A stretch of DNA of 64,000 bases from the NCBI GenBank assembly GCA_043228905.1, contig JBHGNT010000005.1, forward strand, positions 22,878,001-22,942,000, in the 5' to 3' direction. Under the pieces are notes generated by a model, which ran no database searches, was not told the DNA's origin, and saw only the letters and a program-made list of their open reading frames with translations. The stretch comes from Azolla caroliniana (Eukaryota; Plantae; Polypodiophyta). The translations under genes and the position numbers were made by a program. Of this stretch, positions 51,736 through 63,997 are shown in pieces. Position 1 is the first letter of the stretch. Each line of letters starts with the position of its first letter.

Positions 51736-54700
51736 ATGGAATCGAATCCCACCATTCCAGGAATCCATCCAGATCCTCACCTCCTCACCCCCTGCATTGA
51801 CCTAATCTGCCCTAATAATCACCTATTAGCAGCACTGCCTAATAATCGAGCTCCTAATGGCGCTTCTGATCTTGATCTGATGAGCCATCAGAATCTTCAG
51901 GCGAAGAGGCAGCGGAAGAAGAAGATGATGATGATGATGAAGAAGAAGAAGAAGAAGAAGAAGAAGAAAAAGAGTCTGTCGCTGATGATGATGGTGATGA
52001 ATGATGGCGATGGCGATGATGAAGAAGAAGATGATGATGGCGATGGCTATGGCGATGGCGATGCCTGCAGGTCTGCTAATGGCGTGATCAATGGATCCTC
52101 GAGCACACGCCATTACGTCCGATCGAAGCAGCCTCGCGTCCGCTGGACTGCAGAGCTTCATCAGAGATTCCTCGACTGCGTGAAGCACCTCGGGGGTCAA
52201 GAGAGTAAGCAAAATCCCCCCCCACCTCGCCATTAATCCAATCCTGCGCGAATCATGATGACCAGCCCTCCTTACACTTGCTGTTTAATCATTTCTGTTT
52301 TTGGAGGATTTTTTCTGCAAATCATGATGACCAGTTGTCATTAGACTTGCTGTTTAATCATATCTGTTTTTTGAGGAGTTTTCTTCAAATCATGATGACC
52401 AATTCTCATTAGAATTGCTGTTTAATCATTTATGTTTTTTGAGATTTTTCTGCAAATCATGATGACCAATTCTCATTAGAATTGCCGTTTAATCATTTAG
52501 AACTGTGTTTTGGGGACTTCTCTGCAAGACCAGTTAGTTCACTCTAGAATTGCTGTGTAATCATCTCTGTGTTTTTGGGATTTTCCTGCAAATCATGACC
52601 AGTTCTCCTTAGACTTGCTGTTTAATCATTTCTGTTTTGGGGGGAATTTTCCTGCAAATCATGACCAGTTTTTCATTAGAATTGCTGTTTAATTTCTGTT
52701 TTTTTTGGGGGGGATTTTGTCTTTTCATGTTTCTAAGTTCGCCATGACTGCAGATGCCACGCCCAAGTCTGTGCTGCAGCTCATGAATGTGAGAGGGCTC
52801 ACCATCTCCCATGTGAAGAGCCACCTGCAGGTGTTTTTAATCAATCAACAAAATCACTTGCAACTATTTTAGTATCAATATTGGATTGATTAGCCGATCC
52901 ATCCATCCATTATTATTTATTCATCGATCTCCATGGATTCCTGCTATAATCTCTGCTTAATAACTAACTACTTTCCAAATTTAATGATTTCCTTTACATA
53001 AATTTATCGACTGCATCTTCCAATTAACAATTATTTTAACAGATTACTCTTATTAATCATTCATTCAATATACATATATTATATGCAGTCATCTAATCCA
53101 ATACAATTTAATCAAATTCAATTCAATACAATTTAATCCAATACATTTTCAATACAATTTAATCCAATTCAATTCAATGCAATTTAATGCAATCCATTTC
53201 AATACAATTTAATCCAATCTAATTCAATTCAATCCAATTTAATCCAATCCAATTTCTTCTTCTTCTTCTTTTCACTGTGGATGATCGATCCATACCATTA
53301 TCATTGCAGATGTACAGGAGCATGAAGATTGATCATAATAATAACAGCAACAAAAAGATGGGCGCAGCAGCTTTATATAATAGAAGCCCTAGTTTGGAGC
53401 TTGACTGCAAGCAGCAGATCAATATTGCAGGGATGATTCATCAAGGAGGTGAATGGTGATCCTCATTATACTGGGATTTGCTTCTCTGCTAGTTTAATCT
53501 CAACATTGAGGAATCGATTTTTTTTTTTTCTTGCAGGAAACATTGGATTGAGCTCTAATGATCTGAAAATCAGCCCACCGCTAGCTAGAATTTCATCAGC
53601 GGCAAATTATGATCATCAGATCAACGGCGCCACATGTAGTGGAGATCATGAGCAGAGAAAGGCATTAGATCCGTTTGCAGCTGCAAGGATTGACGATTCT
53701 TCTAATCAATACAATAACCTGAGCAGGATCAGTTCGTTATTAGGGTTACCCTGCAATATTAGAACGTCTCTGCACCCCCTTACCACCGCCTGTAGCGAAG
53801 GAGACATTGCAATCAGTCATCCTCAGGCTATTAGGTGGGTTATTTTTAACCTGATTTTTATTAATAATTAAGGATGGAATTCGGGAGAATTAAGGATGGA
53901 ATTGGGGAGAATTAGCAGGGCTTCCATCTTGATTGAGAATCACAGAGAATTTTGATGGAAATAAATTAGGGCTTTAATTCGAGTGAATGCAGCGAGGATT
54001 TGTCACAAACAATTAGGGCTTTAGGGTTTTGAATTGGATTTGATTGCAGAGGAATTGATTCAAATGACCTGGGATTTTATTCTGGATTGATTCCAGAAGA
54101 ATGGACGTAGATAAGGCGGTTTCATATGAATCCGATTGCGAGAGAAAATTAAAGCAAATTACAAGGGTTATCTTCTAAATTGATAATAACAGGGAAATGG
54201 ATACGTATTAGGGTTTTTTATCTGGATTGATAAAATAAAAAGGAATTCAGTACAAAGCAGGGTCCTTAATCTGGACTGATTACAATGAAAATTTGATGCA
54301 AATACTTAGGGTTTTAATCTGTATTGATTACGAGGAATTGCTGGAAATAATTGGGGTTTTAATATGGATTGAAAACAAAGTAATCAATGAAAATAAGTAG
54401 GGTTTTAATCGTTAACAATAAATTGCAGGAACAACGGTGATAGAATGCAGTGGACAGTTTTTAATGAAGGATCATCGCCCAAACGAGCGATTGATTGGAG
54501 GCAATTAGAGGCTAATCACTGGACCATCAATAATCATGACAGAGATAATATTGGAATGATCGATTTCTCCCAATTGAAAAAAAGCGATCATCGGGCGGAA
54601 TTACCCTTAATCGATCGGCTTGTTAAATCCGAGAATGTGATCATTAACGATGACGCTTGTCATCAGAACCTCACATTAAGCCTCTCTAATCACAACCCAT

Positions 54701-54876
54701 CCATGATTGACACTAATGATTGTGTCCAAATTAGTGGTATGAGTAATCGACGTAGCAATTCCAGAGCGATCGACAGTCGATCAGATCATCTCTCGATGAA
54801 TATTTCGTCCAAAAACGACCAACAGTTCTGTCAATCCTTAGTATCACTAGATCTTACCATTTCCAACTGGAATTAA
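51736..54876 (+). CDS. GARP/G2-like MYB (SHAQKYF-class) transcription factor with EAR-like motifs; exons 51736-52204, 52754-52830, 53310-53448, 53537-53834, 54429-54876
   Basis: RHYVRSKQPRVRWTAELHQRFLDCVKHLGGQENATPKSVLQLMNVRGLTISHVKSHLQMYRSMK across phase-consistent GT-AG introns; C-terminal NLTLSL and LVSLDLTIS. Confidence 0.93.
52250..52725. repeat. Intronic ~65-70-bp tandem repeat, about 7 copies
   Basis: CAAATCATGATGACCA...TTAGAATTGCTGTTTAATCATTTCTGTTTT recurs through intron 1 of the GARP gene. Confidence 0.9.
53090..53255. repeat. (AATTC/AATCC/AATAC)n pentanucleotide-type simple repeat in intron 2
   Basis: Direct reading of the sequence. Confidence 0.8.
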
Positions 54877-56741
54877 ATTAATAGCAATTATTATTCTGAT
54901 CTTAATCAAATCATATTCAGTTTGATGATTAGAGATACTTCATTGAATTATTCATAAAATTCTTTCTATTAAAGCCTTTCTTAGGGATGATTGATTCAGC
55001 AGCTCATGGTCCACTTTATTCTAATCAATGGTAAAACCAGTGCTAGAACCAGTGTTTAAAATTAGTGCTAAAACAGTAAAGCTTAATTGATTGGTATGAT
55101 TAAGCTTGAGATTAAGTTAAAGGGGGGTAATCATGTTAATCAAGCTTATGATTAAAGAAGAATCCATTGTAATTAAGCTTAAGATGATGTTTAACCCATT
55201 GTAATTCTAAACTTTAAAGAAGAGATTATGCCATCGCATTAAATGATTTTGTTGGATAAACATTCCCAAAATGAGTGAAGATTTTTTTCCAAAGGTCCTT
55301 TTAAGTTTTTCCTTTCTTTCTTCTTCTTTCTTTTTATTTTTCTTCTTCTTCTAGGGTCCTTTTAGCATTAATGATAAATATGGAGCCTTTTTGTTGGGAA
55401 TTAAGCACCTTTGATTTCATTCACACATTCAATTCAATTCAATTCAATTTCAATGAAAGTCTTTTGATTAATTTTCTGCACTAATGAGGAGGGGGTGCCA
55501 ATTCAATGTCTTGATTTGATATAAGAAAGGTTTAGGTTTCTTCTATAGAATTCTGCCATGTCCGAGGGCAAGCCCCACCAATCAAAGACTGATTTTTGTC
55601 TGAGGCCCGAGGGTTCTCATGTTTTTCGAGCCACACCAATAAAGACTTGTCGATCGAACTTTAGAATTTGAGTCCAGTAGGAATGGGTTTAATGCCTACG
55701 AGGCTTAGGTTTCTACTATAATTCGCGATCAAAGAGTGATTTTTGTTGGGTTTCTCATGTTGTTCGAGCCACACCAATCAAGACCTGTTGATGGAACCTT
55801 AGAATTTGAGTTCACTAGGATTGGGTGTAATGCCTATCTACTAGCTTTCGTACCCTCGTGTCACTAAACATATGAAGGGGGGAACTTCTAACAAGGTTCT
55901 TCGCTATTGAGAATGAACATAAAAGTGACACTTCGTCTTAGCCTCTCTCATTTAATTACCAAGAGGTAGGGCTACTTTTTCTCGGGGAGAGGGGTTGGGG
56001 GGTTGGTCTACCCATGTCTTCATTTTGATTTTGTTCAGTTGTTGTGGTCACTGTTTGAGAATGAACAAATGCTATGCTTTTTGGTCTTATAGGCTCGTAG
56101 CATAGCAAGCTACCTAGAGGTGGAGTTGCTTGGCACGTTCTCAAGTCTATCAACTGTGTTTGGATTGATTTAGTTATGTTGCGATAGCTTCGTTGCGGAT
56201 AAGATCTAATTCGTAATCTTGAATTTTAGGTAGGGTGGGTCTCAAGTGTATCCCGAGATGGTGTTAAGATTGCAAATTGTTGTACATAATTTATGTGCTG
56301 TACAACTTCCATGTGAGTTATACATACCATTTGTTTTGTGTCTAAAAGAGCAAAGGAATATATAACTCCTACAACATATTGAAAGCTAGCACTTTTTGAG
56401 TATCTTGTGTGTGTGTGTGTGGTACATTAGCTCAAACATACATCTCTCATAAATGTAGCTTACCAATCATATAGGCCTGAGCAATACTATTCCATATGGG
56501 GAAAAATTAGGAATGACCATGGTTAGTGATAGAGTACTCTGAATTCAAACTCTCAAATGGGTCTGTACATGAGATGATCCCTAGTAAATACAACATGTTC
56601 CCGTGGTCAGAGGGGATTTGGGGCAATGATCCCATCAAAGGGTCCTAGCAAGAAATCAATGCATCAATTAATATAGTCTCCAAATTAGATGATCGACTAT
56701 ACACTCCTCTTTTAAAGGAGTGGCATTCACTTAGAAACCAT

Positions 56742-57033
56742 TAGCAATGGGCCCGGTTTCGGCTCGAACCGATCCGAACCGAAAAACCGTGGCTTAACGG
56801 TTTATAGGTTCAAAGATAAATAAACGGTTTGGTTTGGTTTCAAATGTTACTAATCGATTTCGGTTCGGTTCGGTTTTGAATTGACCGGTTTAGCAATTTG
56901 GTTTAACGGTTCGGCTCTAAACGGTTCGGTTTAAATGGCTTCATAAATTTTAAAACAATTTGGTTCGGTTTTTATTATTAATAAATGGTTTGGTTTGGTT
57001 TCAAGGCCAAGAAACCGAACAGGCCCATTGCTA
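56742..57033. mobile_element. hAT-type MITE (292 bp)
   Basis: TIR TAGCAATGGGCC...GGCCCATTGCTA; perfect 8-bp TSD GAAACCAT (56734-56741 and 57034-57041); many CGGTT motifs. Confidence 0.93.
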
Positions 57034-59523
57034 GAAACCATACATAATAGACCACCAATGCGCATTCAAAGCTTTATAGAAGTAGTGATGTAGCTCATAT
57101 GAGTACAATATCCAATATTTGTTATGATGGCCACAATGTGCAATCTTAAGCATTAGTTATGTTGCCATCTTTTTGCCCCAAGCACATTGGTGGATACAAA
57201 GAGCCATTCTAGGTGCATTGCCTAATTGATTTAATTTATCGTACTATGAATGCTAAGTTACATCAATTCTTACTATATGTGCACTCATTTTACTTAACAA
57301 GTATGATCGGACATTACGTGCCAATTGAAAATGTGAAAGTCATTCCTTGTATACATTAGAAAGAATAATTTAGACATGTCCATAATATTTCATCTAGGGG
57401 TTATTGTATTGAAGTTGTAAAATTATGTGATGCTCATGACTTTCAACATCTAGGTTGTGGGTATCAAGCCTTGATAGAAAAGCTTAATGTCGTGTTCATC
57501 AAGGGACTTGTTGGAGTTTCAATTTTAATGAGATAATGCACACACATAATATGCTCCTGAAAGATGCCTTCACAACTTAGGTAGTGTCACATTTTCCACA
57601 ATATGGAGAGTGAAAATGACAATATTACCAAAGTATGATCAAACTTTAAGGCAATGTCGATAAGAAGTTGGCACGTTACGCATGCGCGCGTGTATAAGTG
57701 AGTGTTCTAGAGCAAACCTCAAATTTTATTTATGGAATTCACAAATTGCTGAGCTTTATGTGTATGGAAACTAATCTCCTTGATTTAACTAAAGAACTAC
57801 AAAACATGCATATTACAATTCCAATAGTCAAATATAGAAGTACATTTCACAAAGGGCACATACAAGACATATTATGAGGGGAAAAGTACGTTTTCTCCTT
57901 GGGGTAAATACAATACCAACTTAAGATTTAGACGTATACGAATTAAACTTCAATCACCATGAGTTGGATGTAGGTACAATTTAGAAAACGCCCGGGCAAA
58001 TTCCATCTTGTGGGGTCAAGAAAGTTGGCATACATATTCACACCACGTCAAACTAGGATTTGAAGCTTTTAAAACACCTCCTTGTATCATAATCTTTCAC
58101 ACTTGAGATAGAATACTTTTTGTTATTATGAGCTTCTCACGTCTTAGTAGTTCTATATCAATGTAGTAGTAAACTATGTAAATTCATAAATAGATACAAG
58201 TACTACACAATCAAAATGGCTTTGTTTTTGTATTTTCAATCCAATTTTGGTTGGTGGAAGATGCATTTCATGACGTACTAGAATGTTGTACATGAGATGT
58301 TATTTTACATATTGGCCTTCACTATGTTGCATGAATTGAGAATTTCTCAAAGTTCACGTGAAAGATAGTAGTAACGATGAATAATTACTTCTATAAGAAA
58401 TGTTTACCGCGATTTTGAGAATCACAAACATTGTTGACACTATAAATGAGCTTGGTTAAAGGATTTCACTAAGTAATTTTCATTACTCCAGTAAGAAACT
58501 TGTTGATCTAACAACATCAAACTTGGTGCTTGTGCACAAAAATGGAAAGATCCATTCAGACATCAGGAATGTTGCCTTAGGACTTCTGCCTATCCATGTA
58601 ATGGGCCAATATTGGATGAGAACCTGCCAAACCACTTGAATGTACCCTTTGTTCAATATGGCAAAAGAAAAAACTATTCAAACTCCACAAGTTTTGAATT
58701 CTCTCCTTTTCCGTACAACATATTAAATGAAAACATGAACTTGGTGTTAATGGTTGCATGCTCATCTACTACTGTGCTAACTTTGAAAACTAAACAATGC
58801 CCTTTATCATGAATGAAGGTATATTAAGAGAAGAGATGAATATGAATAAAGCTGAATGAAGGTACAATAAGAGAATTGAGCGACATTCTTTATGAATTAA
58901 AGAACTTCTCCTTATCTCGAAATTTGAATTAGGCCTATACATTTGAGACACTCAAATTTCAATCCTCAATAGTTACCATTGGCCCTATTCAGCCCTATTC
59001 AATATCATATCCTTGGGTATTATGAAAATCTAATCATACATACATATGTCATTGTAATGCGAGAGGTTTTTCTTTTTCACAATACTATATGCAACTTACA
59101 ATGTTTGAACTCAAGATCTTGATACATGGGACAATATCATCGTAACCAGTGAGCAAGGCTATTAAGACAAAAGAACCAACTTCATCCATTTTCACATTCA
59201 TAATTGAATATGAATATAATGAAAAATGTTGTTAGAGGGCGATTAGTAGAAACCAAATTTTAGAATTAGATTATAAACTTCATTACTCTTACTCAATACA
59301 CACTTGATCAATCCCCAACACCTATTTGATGATAAAATGAATTTTTAGCATACATGGTTAAAAACATGGGAATAGGAACAAAAAGTTGTATCCTTAACAT
59401 AACTTATTAACTATGCAATAAGTTATGTATAATTTAGTTGTTTGGCCTCTATGGTCATTAATTATTTATGATCACATATACATTGGGATAAAAGTCCCAC
59501 TCCACCCAAATTTGTATTCTCAA

Positions 59524-59872
59524 TGTAAACACACTTAAGGTTAAGGTAACCTAAGTATAAAAGTGTAGCTGAACCTTGTAACAAAGAGTTCGGCGGGTAA
59601 TGGAAAAACTATCTCTTGAGCTAAAACTGTCTCTCTATGTAACTATTGTCTTGTTGTCGTTCATCTTCTGATTAACATAGTGCGCCTCACCATCTCTATC
59701 CCTTGCTATCCTTGTTGTTTGCTTGATTCACTAAAAGTTCCTATCTGCTTCCTTGCAACTAGTCGGCTCATCAACAACACTAAACGGCTAAGACACTTCT
59801 AGTGTCATAAATATAAGGACATAAATAAATATTTAGGACAAATAATATTGTTAGACAAATAAAAATATAACA
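59524..59872 (-). mobile_element. Probable 3' LTR of the second copia element
   Basis: TGTAA...TAACA termini; abuts the integrase-downstream region through a PPT-like segment. Confidence 0.55.
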
Positions 59873-61670
59873 GATTCCTAGGTGGATTTAATGCCTCATT
59901 ATGTATGCTCAATCACCTCATTGTACTCGTATCGAATTACGGGTGGATCGATGCAACTTTTGGTTCACCGATTTCGTGGCCCCCTCGGTAGACTTTGACC
60001 TCGTTTGCGAAGGTCCATCTTTGCTCCTGGCCACATCGAATTCGCTTCGATCGGATGTATCAGCCTCACTGACGTATTCCGACATCTTCATCTTCCCCTT
60101 TTCCTTGGTTTCTAGTGTGGGGACTGCATGACCAAGTTTCCACTACTCACCAGCTCTTCATCTGACTGGTCCTTTCGACTCAGTCACTCATTCGACCTGC
60201 TTTGCTGAAATGAAATTAGATTCTCCTCTAGAGCTCCAATTGCCTCCTCATCTAGGGGCAACTCGGCCTCATTGGCCTCTTCCTTAGAATTCGGAATGGA
60301 GTGGATGGGGGTTGGAGGTGAAGGCAAGTACTACAAAGCCGACTCATTGAAAATGACATCTCGGCATACTCAAACCTCTTTCGTTCGCTGATTATAACAT
60401 TTATAACCCTTTTGCTCATCTGAGTAGCCGACCAAGATACACTTCTCGGCTTTCGCGTCTAACTTCCTCCGCTTTTCCTTCGGCACGTGCACATATGTAA
60501 CGCTACCGAATACCCTCAAGTGTGCCAAGTTCGACTTCTTCCCGAAATACAGCTCATGTGGCAACACACCTCGATTTGCAGAAGTTCGATTCTACAGGTA
60601 TACCGCTGTCCTGACGGCTTCGGCCCAGCAGAATTTCGGCATATGCTTTTCTTCAAGCATTGCCTTGGCTGCTTCTTCAATTGTCTGATTCTTCCTCTTG
60701 GCCACACCGTCATGCTTCGGTGTGTATTTGCACGAAAATTCACTTCGAATTCTCTCCTTCTGGAGATAGCTAGAGAACTGGTCAGAAAAATACTATTTTC
60801 TGCCATTGGACCTTAGGCACTTGATCTTTCGTCCGGTCTCTCATTTGACAAGGCTTTTCACCTTCAAGAAGAAGGAGAAGACTTCACTTTTCTTCTCAAT
60901 CAAGCACGCATGAGTGTGCCGAGTGTAGGCATCGATGAAGGTTACAAAATAACGACTTCCACCAATACTCACGTTCTGCGCCGGTTCCCATACATCCGAA
61001 TGGATTAAATCGAGCTTGTTTCGGCTCTGATTTCTTTCATTTGGGAATGGAAGTCGGTGATGCTTCCCTAACTAGTAGGCTTCATAGACTTGGTCCTTTC
61101 AACCACTAAATTTTGGCAAGCCGAAAACGATGTTCTTTGTCTGCATTTCCTGAAGCCGTGGGAAATTGATGTGGACAAACCGCTTGTGCCACAAGTCGAT
61201 ACTGATTCGACTTTTTGCCTTGTCGCAAACATAACGGGCCCAACGTCCTGGGTTTTGATGATGAACATGCTCTCATCTCTACGCCCTTGCGCAATGATCT
61301 TGCCTTCCTCTTCAATGAAGCACCTAAGATGACTAAATAGAACTTGCATGCCCTGGTTGACAATTTGTCCGACGTCCTGGGTTTCGATGACGAACATGCT
61401 CCCATCTCTGTGCCCTTGTGCAATGATCTTGCCTTCCTCTTCAATGAAGCGCTTGAGATGACTAAATCGAACTTGCATGCCCTGGTTGACAATTTGTCCG
61501 ACCGATACCAAGTTCTTTGGTGATTGTCGGCACATGCAAGACATTTCTCATGATTCCCTTCTGGCTGACATGGCTTAGAGGGACATCTCCGATGTGTTCG
61601 ATGGGGTGAGGGGTGCCATTCCCAGTTTCGACGACCCCCAGCTGCTCCGGATTTTCTAGAGTCGCAACAA
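59873..61670 (-). mobile_element. Degenerate Ty1/copia internal region (protease end, GAG-pre-integrase, integrase); RT/RNaseH absent
   Basis: GDVPLSH...MRNVLHVP; KNLVSVGQIVNQGMQV; LIHSDVWEP; HLRVFGSVTYVHVPKEKRRKLDAKAEKCILVGYSDEQKGYKCY. Confidence 0.9.
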
Positions 61671-61967
61671 TGGCAAGTAATATAATATCATGGGTTCCAT
61701 AATACATTGTATAACCTTCAAGCATACATTGAATGTCCAATATTGTAACTTCCAATACATGAACTTATCCCTCAACCTACTAGACATCCATTCAATCAAT
61801 TGACCATTTGTAACATTCATTCTCATAGAGACAGTGTTTACACTGGCCAATGGACATCATACTAGGCTAGATTTGTAATTAGTAGAAAGGGCACTTGGCC
61901 TAGATTAGTTGGTATTTAAACCAACCTTTTGTAACTTAGTTACTGTTGGATGTAATATATAGTTTTT

Positions 61968-62235
61968 GTCAGAACCAAGAGAAAAGATAGAGTGACAAAA
62001 GAAAGATATAAAGAGATCACATGAAGAGAGGAATGAAATGATAGGAGAAGAATGAATGTATTAGATAGAATGAGAATGGATACAAGATAGGTGATGAGAG
62101 CTTAAGATTGGTGTTGATTCGAATTGTTTTGAGAAGAATTGTATGTCTATATTGATAGGTTCTATAGAATAGCCTAGAGATTTCTATAATGTTCTAGAAT
62201 GTCCTAGACCTAGATCTAAGATGTTCTAGGATATT
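61968..62235 (-). mobile_element. Partial LTR related to the adjacent gypsy LTR, in opposite orientation
   Basis: Minus strand ends GGTTCTGACA and contains TCAACACCAATCTTAAGCTCTCATCAC, resembling TCAACGCCAGTCTTAAGCCTCATAAC at 62563-62588. Confidence 0.55.
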
Positions 62236-62337
62236 CATAATACATGGGTTCCATAGTACATTGTACAACCTTCAAGCATACATGAAATGTCCAATATTGT
62301 GACTTCCAATACATGAACTTACCCCTCAACCTACTAG

Positions 62338-62763
62338 TGTCATGATATGGCAAGACTCGAACCCATGACCTTATGCTACATGGGTCAAGCTCTTGACCAT
62401 TAGACCATACATTGTAATACATAAAATATTATTTTCATTTATGTTTTATTATAGAAAATTGATGTATATTCTAGATTTCTCTGGAACATTCTAGAAACTT
62501 CAGGAGTATTCCTCAGAACACTATAAAAGGAGGCACAAGGCATTATTTCGAACCAAATCGGTTCAACGCCAGTCTTAAGCCTCATAACTACTATTGTACA
62601 TTCTCTTCACATAATATATATCTTTCTTATCATCACTCACTCACTCTCTCTCCCTCCCTCCCTCTCACTCACTCTTTCCTTCTCTCGAGAGTTCTTCACC
62701 TCTCTTAGTACTAATACTTCTTTTAGTACTAATTCCTTCTCTGTCTTAGTACTGTTCCTGACA
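62338..62763 (+). mobile_element. 5' LTR (426 bp) of a Ty3/gypsy element
   Basis: TGTCA...TGACA inverted termini; TATAAAA at 62522; CT-rich U5; followed by gag. Confidence 0.85.
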
Positions 62764-62856
62764 GTTTGAACCGATTATGCTCGTTCTTCCTTCCGTATCT
62801 TCCTTTCCTCCTCTTCCTTTTATCTTCTTATTAATCCTCTTATCCTCCCTAGTAAA

Positions 62857-63997
62857 ATGGAAACTGTTAGCGCTTAGGAATACCAATATGTTTTCTCAGA
62901 GCTCTAGTGCTTAAAAGAGAAATTTGTAGCACTAGAACAAGAAAATCATCATTTATTGGGGTATCTTCAACAAATAGCGCTGGAAAAACAACAACATGGG
63001 GAGCCGACGTTACGTGTACAACAACTTGAAGCGACTATCGTATCATTACAACAACAAGGATCAAGCACTCAAGGGATTCACAAAGAACCCAAGATTGGTC
63101 TTCCTGCAAAATTTGATGGGCCCCGATCACAGTTTAGAGGGTTTTTGAATCAGGTACGTTTAGTGATACAAATGCATTCTTCTCGATATCCCACCGATGC
63201 ATCACGAGTGGGACTAGTAGGCACTCTCCTTAGTGGCTCGACGTTAGCATGATTTGCTCCATTGTTGGAAAAGGAATCTCCATTACTAAACAGTTTTGAA
63301 GAATTTATAAGTGAGTTTAAGGCCTGTTTTGGAGATACTGATAGCATAAGGACTGCAATCAACAAAATCCGGTGATTACGCCAAGGTGACCGTCCAGCCT
63401 CCGCATACGTTGCAGATTTCCGTCTATTCGCTGCCGATATCCCTTGGGATGATCACGCATTGATGGAGCAATTTTGTTATGGCTTACGCAACGATGTCAA
63501 GGATTTACTCTTGACCTTCCCTGAAGAGCCAAAGTCATTAACAGATGCAATCAGTCGCGCGGTGAGATGTGACAACCGCCTCTTCGAACGACGTTCGGAA
63601 CGACAATTCCAGATTCCGAGGGCAAGATTAGAGCCTACCTATGCCTCAGTGGTAACGAAACCTTTTCCGAGGGAGTCATATAATGCGCCTCCAGTAAGTT
63701 CTCCAACTCCGATGGAAATTGACACCACACGTCGTCGTGGACCACTACCAGAAGAAGAAAAGCAATGACACCGAGCAAACCGACTATGTCTTTATTGTGG
63801 TGGACAAGGGTATATCGCGGTAAACTGTCCCCATAGGCCAAGAAGGCAGGTAAACCAAATAGTTGCAAGTTCTGATTGTACTAACCCCGAGTCTATTTCA
63901 GTAGGGATATCTGATAGTCCTAATAGTACTAATAGCCCAAATCTAGCGAACAAATTTGATGTCCTTAGTCAGTTAGAAGAAGAGTTAAACGATTAAG
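62857..63997 (+). pseudogene. Ty3/gypsy gag (chromovirus Tf1/sushi/Tcn1-like) with in-frame stops
   Basis: KEPKIGLPAKFDG..FRGFLNQ, LRQGDRPASAYVADFR, WDDHALMEQFCYGLRNDVKD, PTPMEID, and zinc knuckle CLYCGGQGYIAVNC. Confidence 0.88.

Noticed and set aside
51826-52233. Antisense ORF with poly-His/poly-Leu
   Set aside because: It is the reverse complement of the GAT/GAA trinucleotide tracts in GARP exon 1.
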